Assembly: GCA_964342815.1 (NCBI GenBank)
Contig: CAYFHS010000032.1
Location: 1-48,024, forward strand
DNA from: an uncultured archaeon
GTDB lineage: Archaea > Thermoplasmatota > Penumbrarchaeia > JASLWR01
Direction: 5' to 3'
DNA length: 48,024 bases
Part shown: positions 33,417 to 42,648 of the stretch, in pieces
Position numbering within the stretch: position 1 is the first letter of the stretch
Layout of the letters: the number at the start of each line of letters is the position of its first letter
Notes under the pieces: generated by a model
Told to the model about the DNA's origin: nothing
Databases searched by the model: none
What the model saw: the letters and a program-made list of their open reading frames with translations, nothing else
Program-made: the position numbers and the translations under genes

Positions 33417-36400
33417 TTATTGCAACTGACCCTGTGTGCCGCATACTGAGCAGGTTACTATTGTAGGTCTCTCTTTCGTGGTCACCGGGATCATTCCGCC
33501 GCACTGATAACATTCTACGTTTTCATAGACCGTGGGTTCTGGATCGGTACTAAGCTCAGTGCTTGGGGAATTCCTCCCTGCTTTGGATTTTTTACCCCTT
33601 CCACTCGGTTCATTCGGATCAAGAGGAGTACCGCAGGCGTTGCATAACTTCATTTCTCTTCGCAGCATCTTTCCGCATTTCGGGCATTCCACCTTCTTGG
33701 GCAGCTTATCCCGATTGGAAACCCTCTTGGCCCGAATTTTTCTGAGATTCGATCCGCATTTGTTGCAGAAGATCATGTCTAGGGAGACTTCATTTCCACA
33801 GGATGGGCACTCCACCGGCTCTTCTTTTTCTTCTTCGGGTTGTAGACCACCACAGTATGGACATGTCTTGTTTGACGGCTCGAAATATCCTTTGCATACA
33901 TTACAGAGCCTTAGTTCTTCTCCTGTCTCCTTGGAAATCGCAATCTGTTTAACGGGAATCTTTGCCAGGGTTTCCGGGCTGTCAACAATACTCGCAGACT
34001 CTTCGATCCTGTCATCCAATCCGTCGAATATACCCTCTATTGCGCTATCCTTCCCGTCTTTACCTTCATCTCCGTCAGCCATTTCCCTCAGCAAATCTCT
34101 GGTTGAAGCTTTCTTGTCCGATGTTGTCAACGGCTCTGAGATGTCGAAAAGCTCGTCCATTTTTTCGTGAGAATCGGCCAAGACCGCTCCTATTGATTCG
34201 ACCCTCTCCTCCTTTTGGGGCTTGTCGTCGAATTCTGGGACGATATCAATTTCTTCTTTTGTGACTCCAATATCCCCATCTGTGGATTTTTTCCTCTTTC
34301 CTTTTGGAGGAAGGGAGAGTGTATCTCCCGTTCCATCCTTTAGCTGTTCTCTCTCTTCTTTGGGGGATAATCCTTTTCTCTTTTTACCCTTGAACTTTGG
34401 CGGCCGGGGCGGCTTAACTATCCGTGGTTTCGCCGGTTCTTCTTTTTCAGGTATAGGTTGTTTGCCCTTGGGTATTTTACCAGGGATCCCGGATAGCGCT
34501 ATATTTCCCGATCTCAAGGCTTCTGGGGGAAAAGGTGGGGCTTGCATGAGTGGTGGCATCTGATGAGATCCGCGGGGGGGTGCATTTTGCGGTAATCCCC
34601 CTGCAGAGTGAGCCTGGTGGAATGGCTGCCCCCTTGGAGGAACGTTAGTGTTATGATGAACCATGATATGGTGAGGAACAGGTGTTTCCTCCTTTCTTGC
34701 CTTTTTCTTCTTTATAACGATTATCAAGATGATCGCAACCGAGATCAATAGTATTGAAATAATCAATACCAGAACTAGAGGTGACATATCGGCAGACGCT
34801 GAATAGGATTTATCTACACTACCTCGTTGTTGCAGGGTGAAATCCTTTTCGATATCTCGGTCAACAATCTCGAAATTCGTGCTGTTGATGTCGAAATCTT
34901 TTTTGCTTATTCTAAGGGTGTAGCTACCTGGTGGTAGGAATAATTCAAAGTTTCCATTTGAATCGGTGGATGTATAAGAAATGAAATCGTCGGAATCGCC
35001 CTTTATCTTCTCAACAGAGATCCCGGCGTTTCCAACGGGTTTATTCTGCATACCAGTCACTTGTCCCCAGTATCGGAATTTTTTCTCGGAAGGAATGACT
35101 ACTTCACCCGGGGCCGTTACCTGGATGATGCTGGTGGTAATATTTGTCATCTGCCCGTCGGATATGGTCAACGTTACCGAATAGGTCCCTTCTTCTGCAT
35201 AAGTGTGTTCCACTTCCAGAAGGTCTTCCCCGTTGGGATTTCGGCTGCCGTCACCAAAATTCCACATATAGGTCAACTTGTCTGCGTCCGGATCGGAACA
35301 GTCACCTGCCTTGAGATGAACGGTTAAATTTTCAACTCCACCGGTATAACTAAAAGAGGGAGTTTCAGGCGGATCGTTTATATTGATGACAATAATCTTG
35401 AAATCTCTTTGAAAATGCGCCATGCTGGAATCTTCCACGCTGATGTGGGTGAAATAGGTTTGTACCATGTATTTGTTTGGTTTGAACCAGAAGCTTCCCG
35501 TATCCTTGTCAAACTTAAAGTTTTTATCAGTTAGGGCTCCCTTCACCTCTTCTGTGAAATTGGTCGAATAGCTCAGCCTGTCACCATAGACAATGTCATC
35601 ATCAGTCCCTTCAGGAATTATTTCCATTTCTTCTTCTTGGTCTACGTACATCGTACTGATCTTGTCGAGGTAAGGCTGGTCATTGGTATTCTCGATTATG
35701 AGACTAATTTCAACTGAATCCTCTTCACCGTTTTCGTCCTCCACGGTCAGCAGGAGTGAATATTCTCCTACGTGTTGGTTGGATGGGCGGATCAAGAGGG
35801 TACCGTTTTCTCTGTAAAAATAGTAATCCTTTCCCTTTTTCATTAAAGGCATCGCATCACTTATGTTAAGTGAATAATCCAGGGGATCTCCGTCAATATC
35901 ATCTGCCTTGAAATCAAAGCAGCTCCAAGTGTCTTCCAGGGCTCTTAGACCAACTGGTATATTGACAATATCGGTCCCGTTTAGTTCAGTGATGCGCGGC
36001 GGATCGTTTGTTGGTTGAATTATCACCGTAAGACTAAAGGGGGCATCCACCCATAGACCTTCCACATCCCTTACTTTCAATAATAGGGTATCTGTACCGA
36101 AAAGATCCTGGAGAGGGACGATCTTGACGGTATCATTTATCAGAACTCTGTAATCAGCAAAGGCTGATGTATATTGTGAATCCCAACTCGTGTTTGTTTT
36201 AATAAAGTATGTCATTACATCTTGGGAGTCAGGATCCTGAAATATATCCGAGAGATGGATATATCCAGCGCTTTGATCCTCGAAGATTGTAACTTTGCTT
36301 AAAGCACCTGGTTTTATCTCTGGGGCCCGGTTGGCCTGAGTCACGGTTAGACGAATCGTCCCGTGAGCCGTACCGATATTTGGGGTATGATCATCAGTAA

Positions 36401-37484
36401 TTGTAAAAGGCAGTTCGTAGGTTTTGGCAGCTTTGGAAGTACTTACCGTTGTCGTATAGGAGTAGACTCCGTCACCGGAAGCCTTGTCGCCTTGAGTTCC
36501 ATCGTCCACCATGGATACTTCACTGCCGCCCCCTATCTCCGTAAGGTCGATCATAACCTGTGATAGTGATCCGTCGGGGTCTGTTGCTTCCACGGTAAGG
36601 AGCGTTTCGTTTATTCCATCATTACTTATGGTGGATGGAGTCGATTTGGGATTGGAGAAATATGGCCTATCGTTCTGGGTTGCAAGGGAAATGTCTTTCC
36701 AACCGGCAATATTGTCAAGGTTGAATCCCGCAGGGTATTTTCCGATCAGGGACGGATTTCCACCCAAGGCTTTAGATACCTGAAAACCAACGGCGATACG
36801 GTCACCCGCGTGCCAGTTCCATTTTGAAAACGGGATCCTAATCTCGTAGATCATATGCTGCTGCGGATTGCCGTTGAAACCTACTTTCCACTGGTATCCC
36901 CAATCGTCGATCCATGTTTGCTGATTGTACCAAAGGATGATGTCATTGTTGTCGCTTCGTCGATTGACGTACCCGGCATCGTTGTAACAGCCGTTAGCAT
37001 CACTTTCCCTATCCTTGTCCCCGCATAGATTGAACCAGCTGTCGCGTGAGTTCTCGTTACAGGTTTGGTCATTTGGACATGCAGCAGCATCGTTATCATT
37101 ATCTCCGTCAAAGAAACCTTCTAACCTGTCATTTATCTGTTCGTTATCCGTAGCATCGGAAATTGCATCGGCACAAACATACAGATAGGAATTATCGTTT
37201 GCAATGTAGAGATTGACGTTGTTCGAGCCAATTCCCATGGGCTGGGGTGTATATGTGGTCCAATCCGCGGCATTCCCGTCTATTGAAATTGGATGGCCCC
37301 CGTCTACCCACTCCGCCCAATCCAGTGCCCTGGTGTTTTCTCGGTCCGCACTGAGACTTTGGCCTGATGTGGTATTTACACCAATGTCGGTTTTTGTAAC
37401 TGTTTGAGAAAAGAGGATTCCCTGGATTGTCATTGTTAAGAGAAGAATGGAAATGATCGCAGAGAAATTATTATATTTCCTCAT
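33417..37484 (-). CDS. Large single-pass surface protein (DOMON/CBM9-like, choice-of-anchor X-like, cadherin-like, PKD, carboxypeptidase-regulatory-like) with a cytoplasmic Pro/Lys-rich linker and 8 CxxC motifs
   Basis: Signal-like N-terminus; MVDDGTQGDKASGDGVYS; NxPP repeats; WNFGDG...HTY (PKD); TM; CNVC, CPYC, CPSC, CNKC, CPKC, CNAC, CYQC, CSVC. Individual domain names are approximate. Confidence 0.85.
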   Translation of the reverse strand: MRKYNNFSAIISILLLTMTIQGILFSQTVTKTDIGVNTTSGQSLSADRENTRALDWAEWVDGGHPISIDGNAADWTTYTPQPMGIGSNNVNLYIANDNSYLYVCADAISDATDNEQINDRLEGFFDGDNDNDAAACPNDQTCNENSRDSWFNLCGDKDRESDANGCYNDAGYVNRRSDNNDIILWYNQQTWIDDWGYQWKVGFNGNPQQHMIYEIRIPFSKWNWHAGDRIAVGFQVSKALGGNPSLIGKYPAGFNLDNIAGWKDISLATQNDRPYFSNPKSTPSTISNDGINETLLTVEATDPDGSLSQVMIDLTEIGGGSEVSMVDDGTQGDKASGDGVYSYTTTVSTSKAAKTYELPFTITDDHTPNIGTAHGTIRLTVTQANRAPEIKPGALSKVTIFEDQSAGYIHLSDIFQDPDSQDVMTYFIKTNTSWDSQYTSAFADYRVLINDTVKIVPLQDLFGTDTLLLKVRDVEGLWVDAPFSLTVIIQPTNDPPRITELNGTDIVNIPVGLRALEDTWSCFDFKADDIDGDPLDYSLNISDAMPLMKKGKDYYFYRENGTLLIRPSNQHVGEYSLLLTVEDENGEEDSVEISLIIENTNDQPYLDKISTMYVDQEEEMEIIPEGTDDDIVYGDRLSYSTNFTEEVKGALTDKNFKFDKDTGSFWFKPNKYMVQTYFTHISVEDSSMAHFQRDFKIIVININDPPETPSFSYTGGVENLTVHLKAGDCSDPDADKLTYMWNFGDGSRNPNGEDLLEVEHTYAEEGTYSVTLTISDGQMTNITTSIIQVTAPGEVVIPSEKKFRYWGQVTGMQNKPVGNAGISVEKIKGDSDDFISYTSTDSNGNFELFLPPGSYTLRISKKDFDINSTNFEIVDRDIEKDFTLQQRGSVDKSYSASADMSPLVLVLIISILLISVAIILIIVIKKKKARKEETPVPHHIMVHHNTNVPPRGQPFHQAHSAGGLPQNAPPRGSHQMPPLMQAPPFPPEALRSGNIALSGIPGKIPKGKQPIPEKEEPAKPRIVKPPRPPKFKGKKRKGLSPKEEREQLKDGTGDTLSLPPKGKRKKSTDGDIGVTKEEIDIVPEFDDKPQKEERVESIGAVLADSHEKMDELFDISEPLTTSDKKASTRDLLREMADGDEGKDGKDSAIEGIFDGLDDRIEESASIVDSPETLAKIPVKQIAISKETGEELRLCNVCKGYFEPSNKTCPYCGGLQPEEEKEEPVECPSCGNEVSLDMIFCNKCGSNLRKIRAKRVSNRDKLPKKVECPKCGKMLRREMKLCNACGTPLDPNEPSGRGKKSKAGRNSPSTELSTDPEPTVYENVECYQCGGMIPVTTKERPTIVTCSVCGTQGQLQ

Positions 37485-37633
37485 GTTGCATCTACCCGTT
37501 TTACAATCCTTTCTTGTTCTTTTAAGTGATAAAAGATACCTGGTCTGTAAAAAATCCAGACTAATATTACTTTATTATTATATTAATATTGCCTATTTAT
37601 ATTACACGAGGTCTCTTCCGAGTCTGAAATAGA

Positions 37634-38263
37634 TCAATCTGCGAGAATCCCGATTGTGTCTATACCAGCTTTCAGCTTCTGGCCCGGTACTATCTCGGGT
37701 ACTATTTTATCAGATGGGAGGTACAGATCCACTCGAGAACCGAATCGGATCATACCGATCTTCTCGCCTTTGGAAAGCTTCTGTCCTTCGCGAATATAGG
37801 GGACGATTCTCCTTGCCACGATACCTGCAATCTGAATTATTTTAACTTTTCCAATACTGGTGTCAAGGACAGAGATAACTCTTTCGTTACGTTCGGATTC
37901 CTTGTTGAAGGCTGGTTTGAATCCACCCTTGATGTGGTCTATTTTAACCACCTTTCCGGCCATTGGAGCTCGGTTAACATGCACGTTGAGCGGGCTCATG
38001 AATATTGCTATATGTAAAATTCCATTTTCCTCGTTCTTATCGACGAACATGACTTTGCCGTCGGCAGGAGATACCACCCCCCGGGCGGGACGCCTAACGG
38101 GATCTCGAAAGAACAAGAAGAGCGGAAAGCTTAGAGTGAAAAGGAATAAACCGATAAAGAAAAGAAATCCCTGTAAATTAATTACGCTAATTGACAGAAC
38201 AAGAGATATTACCGAGAAAAAAGGCAGAAGAAAAAGCCACCTGGGTATGCCCTTTGCGATCAT
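37634..38263 (-). CDS. psd: Phosphatidylserine (archaetidylserine) decarboxylase proenzyme
   Basis: FFRDP, SPADG, IFMSPLNVHVNRAP and RFGSRVDL autocleavage motif. Confidence 0.95.
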   Translation of the reverse strand: MIAKGIPRWLFLLPFFSVISLVLSISVINLQGFLFFIGLFLFTLSFPLFLFFRDPVRRPARGVVSPADGKVMFVDKNEENGILHIAIFMSPLNVHVNRAPMAGKVVKIDHIKGGFKPAFNKESERNERVISVLDTSIGKVKIIQIAGIVARRIVPYIREGQKLSKGEKIGMIRFGSRVDLYLPSDKIVPEIVPGQKLKAGIDTIGILAD

Positions 38264-38349
38264 GATAATTCACTACTTCAAGAAATAATACTTCTTTTAT
38301 AATTTATTTTGTATGAGTATTAAGAAAAACATGGTAGTACAAATGATTT

Positions 38350-41300
38350 TCAATCCATTTTGAATGCTTTCAGGTTCCTTAGATTTGTGCCACATTTTTT
38401 ACAAAAGACCATTTCCTTTATCACTTCACTTGCGCAAATGGGACATCTCAGTGTAATGCCATTTCGATTACTGCATGAAGGACATTCAGCTTCCGAGGGG
38501 TTGAAAGGTTGCTTGCATAAGTTGCATATTTTCATCTCCGCCCCGTCAATCTTCGATATTGCGACTCTTTCAACCTGGATTGTACCTAATATATTTTCTT
38601 TTTGCACAGGTTTGTCATCAACCAGATCATCGAAGACTCCCGATACGTCGGACTCCGCAACATCCTTTTCTATTGCAGCTTCATCCTCACCCGTCTTGGG
38701 AGGTTTCGGCGTAATGCCGTATTGCTGCTTAAGATTGTCTCTAAGGATGATTTTCTTGAGTATATCTTGGATCGATTGCTGTTCTCCAATTTGAAGTGGA
38801 GGTGCAGCCGTGCTTACATCACTCTCATCATGCGGTTCCTCATCCAACAGATCCTCAAGAATATCGGGTTTTTTATCTTCCTCCGGTACTTGCACCGCTT
38901 CCGATTCTTTTGGTTCCTCGGACATTTTTCCTTCTATCAGCAGTTGCAGTGTTTCAGATCCCGAAAGTTTTTTCGGTATATTTCCTTCAACTGCCAGTTG
39001 TGATATTTCAACGTCCACCCCTTCATCAGGCATTTTTCCTTCAATTAATTGTTGATCTGTTTTAGGCTCCGTCAATTCTTCCGGTATTTTACCCTCAGAT
39101 GGTGCGGCCCAATCTTCCTGTGCGTATGAATATCCGTCTGTCATGAACTGCGCGTCAAGACCTTCTTGGGAGTATTGAGACATTTCTAAAGGAGCCAAAG
39201 GTTGGATCATCATATTCGACGGCGGTTCAATTTTCTCTTCCCCCATTGGTGCGGAAGGTTCCTGGGGTGTGCTCATCCCAATCTGCATTTCTTCGCCCTT
39301 TTCCTTCCTACTCTTTTTCTTGATTAATAATAACATTATGATCCCGAACACAACCAGTAGAACCAGCAATCCCAGCAATAACCATACCCAATCCGCAACC
39401 TTCTCCCCCATTTCATTTTCACCGGTATTACTAAAATCAGGCTCATACTTTTTCAAAACGATATCCTTCTGGATATCCTTGGTATTGACCCTAAGCTCAT
39501 CGCTCCAGGTGGTGAATCCCTGCAATGTTACTGTGATCGTGTAGTTACCAGCCGGGAGGAAGAACCGGTTTTTCCCCAGAGAGTTAGTGAAATTTTCAAA
39601 ATATTTTGAGGGACTGTCCATATTCTCAATACGGATCAAAGCGCGGTCCAGACCCGTATCATTGTGGTCGCTTACGGTGCAGGAGAATTCGAATAATTCT
39701 CCGTCCATCCCATTGCCGGGGCCTGTTCCGCCACCGAGTGCTGTTACTGTAATATTTATTATGGTCCTGTTAATACCGTCGGGATAACCGTCTGATACCC
39801 ATAAAATCACAGTATAGTTTCCAGCTTTTCGATAAGTATGTACTACTGTAAGTAGTGCCGGCCCGAATTTATTTTGTGAACCGTCTCCGAAATCCCACGT
39901 ATATGTCAGGTTATCGCGGTCAGGATCGTGAGCCGGTAATGCAGTGAATGTCACAGTGAGATTCCCTTCTTCAATAATATAATCGAATTCCGGAGCTTCA
40001 GGTGGATCGTTAATATTGTTTACCTTTATCTTGAAATTCCTTCTGAATTTCACCCTGGATAAATCGACAACCTCTATGTAAGTATCATATGTCGCAACCG
40101 TTTCCTTATCGGGTTTGAAACGGAATTCCCCCGTTGTTGAATTGAAATGAAAGTTTGATTTTAACAAGGTGGCGGGAAGATATTTGGAAAAATTCGTGGA
40201 GAAGGTAAGCACATCCCCGTGCATCTCGTCATCGTCATTGGCCATTGGTAGTATTTCAAGCCATTCATCTTGTTCCACGTACTTTGTGGCAATCTTATCC
40301 ATGTAGGGGGGGTCGTTCTTATTCACGATAGTGAGGTTCACTCTCACGGAATCCATCCCTCCGTTGCCATCGTCAATGGATATCAAGAATCTATATTTAC
40401 CCACGTGGGAATTGCGGGGTTTAAGCTCAATGGTACCGTTCCCTTTGGAAAAGATATAATCTTCATTCTTCCTGAGTTCCGGGATTACATCAGTTAAGTT
40501 CGTTGAATATGACAGAGGATCTTCATCGATATCTTCAGCGGAAAAAAAGAAAGTTGACCAATGATCTTCGTATACCGTCAGCGACACCGATCCTGCGGAA
40601 ATATTGGAATCGTTTACGGCGGTCAGCCGGGGAGGATCGTTTCGGGGCAGAATCGTGACAGTTATGGAATGTGGAAAATCCGGGGAAAGCCCCGCAGCAT
40701 CCTTTACACTTACCGATATGGACTCGCTCCCGAATTTATCCGGCAGGGGCTTCACGCTCAGAGAATGATTGAGATGCACTCTATAATCGGCTATTGGAGT
40801 TCTGTAATGTGACTCCCAGTTCGATCCGTTCATAATGGAATAGACCAGGCTATCGCTTTCATCGGGGTCCCGAAAGATAGGAGTGAGATTAATATATACA
40901 ACATTTTGATCTTCAATGAGTGTAATCCGATCCGTGGGATTAGCGCTTATCTCCGGCTGCCTGTTATGTTGAAGGACGGTTAGCCCGATCACCCCTTTAA
41001 TTCTTCCAATATTCGGAGTGTGGTCATCAGTAATTGTGAATGGAAGGTAATAGGTTCCGTTTGGAATGATTGTGGGAATCGACACTTCGTACGAATATAC
41101 ATCGTCGTTGGCTTGAGCATCTCCCTTTGTCCCGTTATCCACCATTGTCGTTTTGCTTGACCCTCCGATTGCAGAGAGGTCTATTACAAATTCCGATATG
41201 TTACCATCGGGGTCCTGAGCCTCCACTGTTAGAAGAGTTGTGTTCTCATTATCGTTTAAAATAATCCCAGGTGTGGCTAGAGGATCAGAATAGACTGGTT

Positions 41301-42114
41301 TGTCATTCGGTGTTGCCAGGAAAAAGTCCTTCCAAGAAGAAACGGTGCTGGGGACATGATTCGCGGGCCATATCCCAATGGCATTCCCGTCCCCGTGTTT
41401 GAAGACCAAAAGGCAAGCCCCGATCTCGTCCCCCGGCGTCCAGTTCCACCTGGCAAGAGGTATTCCTATCTCGTAGACCATATTTTTTGGTGTTCCGTTG
41501 AAACCAACTGACCATAGATAATCCACGAAGCGGTTTTGGAGGTACGGCTGATATGCGTCGAACCATTGGGATACGTAAACTCCCGGATCACCGTATGTTC
41601 CACCCCCCGTATTCAACCAACCCGCATCATTGAATATTCCATTCGTATTACTACGTGCCGAGCTGTTCCCGCATATACTAATCCAGTTGTCTTGGGTGCT
41701 TTCATTCGTGGTACTCCCTATTGGTGAAACTACGCTGTTGTCATTGTCTCCGTCTATCCATAGGCGGATGAAATCGTTCACACTCTTTTCATCAGTCCGG
41801 TCCGATTTTGCATCCACGCAAATATACAAATAATTTTCATCGTTGGCAATGTACAGATCCACGTCAAGCCCAGTTCGTCCTATGGGATGCGCGGTATAAT
41901 TTCCGATCCAATCCGAGGCATTTCCATTTACCACGATGGGTGTTCTCTCCCACTCGGCCCAGTCGAGAGATCTGGTTCCCTGTGGATTTAGTAAACGAGT
42001 AACAGCCATAATTTTGATATCTTGGTCCTGATCTCCGGGTAAAGTCTCCAAGAGCGGTTCGCCGACCAGCAGTATTATTGTTATCGCAACAAACCAATAT
42101 TGATAACCCTTCAT
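38350..42114 (-). CDS. Paralogue of 33417..37484: single-pass surface protein with 4 C-terminal CxxC motifs
   Basis: Same architecture (LDWAEW, MVDNGTKGD, NxPP repeats, PKD WDFGDG, TM), ending CNLC, CPSC, CPIC, CKKC. Confidence 0.85.
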   Translation of the reverse strand: MKGYQYWFVAITIILLVGEPLLETLPGDQDQDIKIMAVTRLLNPQGTRSLDWAEWERTPIVVNGNASDWIGNYTAHPIGRTGLDVDLYIANDENYLYICVDAKSDRTDEKSVNDFIRLWIDGDNDNSVVSPIGSTTNESTQDNWISICGNSSARSNTNGIFNDAGWLNTGGGTYGDPGVYVSQWFDAYQPYLQNRFVDYLWSVGFNGTPKNMVYEIGIPLARWNWTPGDEIGACLLVFKHGDGNAIGIWPANHVPSTVSSWKDFFLATPNDKPVYSDPLATPGIILNDNENTTLLTVEAQDPDGNISEFVIDLSAIGGSSKTTMVDNGTKGDAQANDDVYSYEVSIPTIIPNGTYYLPFTITDDHTPNIGRIKGVIGLTVLQHNRQPEISANPTDRITLIEDQNVVYINLTPIFRDPDESDSLVYSIMNGSNWESHYRTPIADYRVHLNHSLSVKPLPDKFGSESISVSVKDAAGLSPDFPHSITVTILPRNDPPRLTAVNDSNISAGSVSLTVYEDHWSTFFFSAEDIDEDPLSYSTNLTDVIPELRKNEDYIFSKGNGTIELKPRNSHVGKYRFLISIDDGNGGMDSVRVNLTIVNKNDPPYMDKIATKYVEQDEWLEILPMANDDDEMHGDVLTFSTNFSKYLPATLLKSNFHFNSTTGEFRFKPDKETVATYDTYIEVVDLSRVKFRRNFKIKVNNINDPPEAPEFDYIIEEGNLTVTFTALPAHDPDRDNLTYTWDFGDGSQNKFGPALLTVVHTYRKAGNYTVILWVSDGYPDGINRTIINITVTALGGGTGPGNGMDGELFEFSCTVSDHNDTGLDRALIRIENMDSPSKYFENFTNSLGKNRFFLPAGNYTITVTLQGFTTWSDELRVNTKDIQKDIVLKKYEPDFSNTGENEMGEKVADWVWLLLGLLVLLVVFGIIMLLLIKKKSRKEKGEEMQIGMSTPQEPSAPMGEEKIEPPSNMMIQPLAPLEMSQYSQEGLDAQFMTDGYSYAQEDWAAPSEGKIPEELTEPKTDQQLIEGKMPDEGVDVEISQLAVEGNIPKKLSGSETLQLLIEGKMSEEPKESEAVQVPEEDKKPDILEDLLDEEPHDESDVSTAAPPLQIGEQQSIQDILKKIILRDNLKQQYGITPKPPKTGEDEAAIEKDVAESDVSGVFDDLVDDKPVQKENILGTIQVERVAISKIDGAEMKICNLCKQPFNPSEAECPSCSNRNGITLRCPICASEVIKEMVFCKKCGTNLRNLKAFKMD

Positions 42115-42223
42115 ACTATCGTCCCTTTTACTGGTGTGTTAAGGAATAATACTCTATTCGCTATCGTTTAATGAAGTTAATAATATTTCCCCCTGCTATG
42201 AGGATAAACTATTGCGAAAAAAA

Positions 42224-42544
42224 TTATTTTTCCCGCTTTATCTTCTCCATTATCGCCTGCTGAGTAAAGAACTTAATGGACGGATACATTATCTTGTTGT
42301 TCCGTACAAAATCGCTCGCCATTTCCCATACGTCCTTGTGCACTTTTATGTGTTTATCGTAGCTTTCCTTTCGCCCGGAAACTGTTTTTGCGGATTCTTC
42401 GGGGGCCGAGGTGGATTTTTTTTTCTTTTCTTCAATGAAAAAATCACCGCAGTTAGAGCACCGATAGGATATGGTCTCCTTCTCCTCGTCGGAGTCCAGG
42501 ATCATACTGATCAGTTGTTCATTACACTTCTTGCATGTTACCAT
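42224..42544 (-). CDS. Zinc-ribbon / ribbon-helix-helix fusion, putative transcription regulator (106 aa)
   Basis: ATG 42544 follows a GAGGT RBS; CKKC...CSNC; C-terminal HIKVHKDVWEMASDFV...YPSIKFFTQQAIMEKI fits an RHH pattern. Confidence 0.65.
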   Translation of the reverse strand: MVTCKKCNEQLISMILDSDEEKETISYRCSNCGDFFIEEKKKKSTSAPEESAKTVSGRKESYDKHIKVHKDVWEMASDFVRNNKIMYPSIKFFTQQAIMEKIKREK

Positions 42545-42648
42545 TGGATCGACCTCAATAGGAACCGCGAGAATAATGCTTATGTATAATGTATATAAAA
42601 AGTTAACTTTTCGTTTTCCACATCCGATAATGTAACAATTATTGGTGA

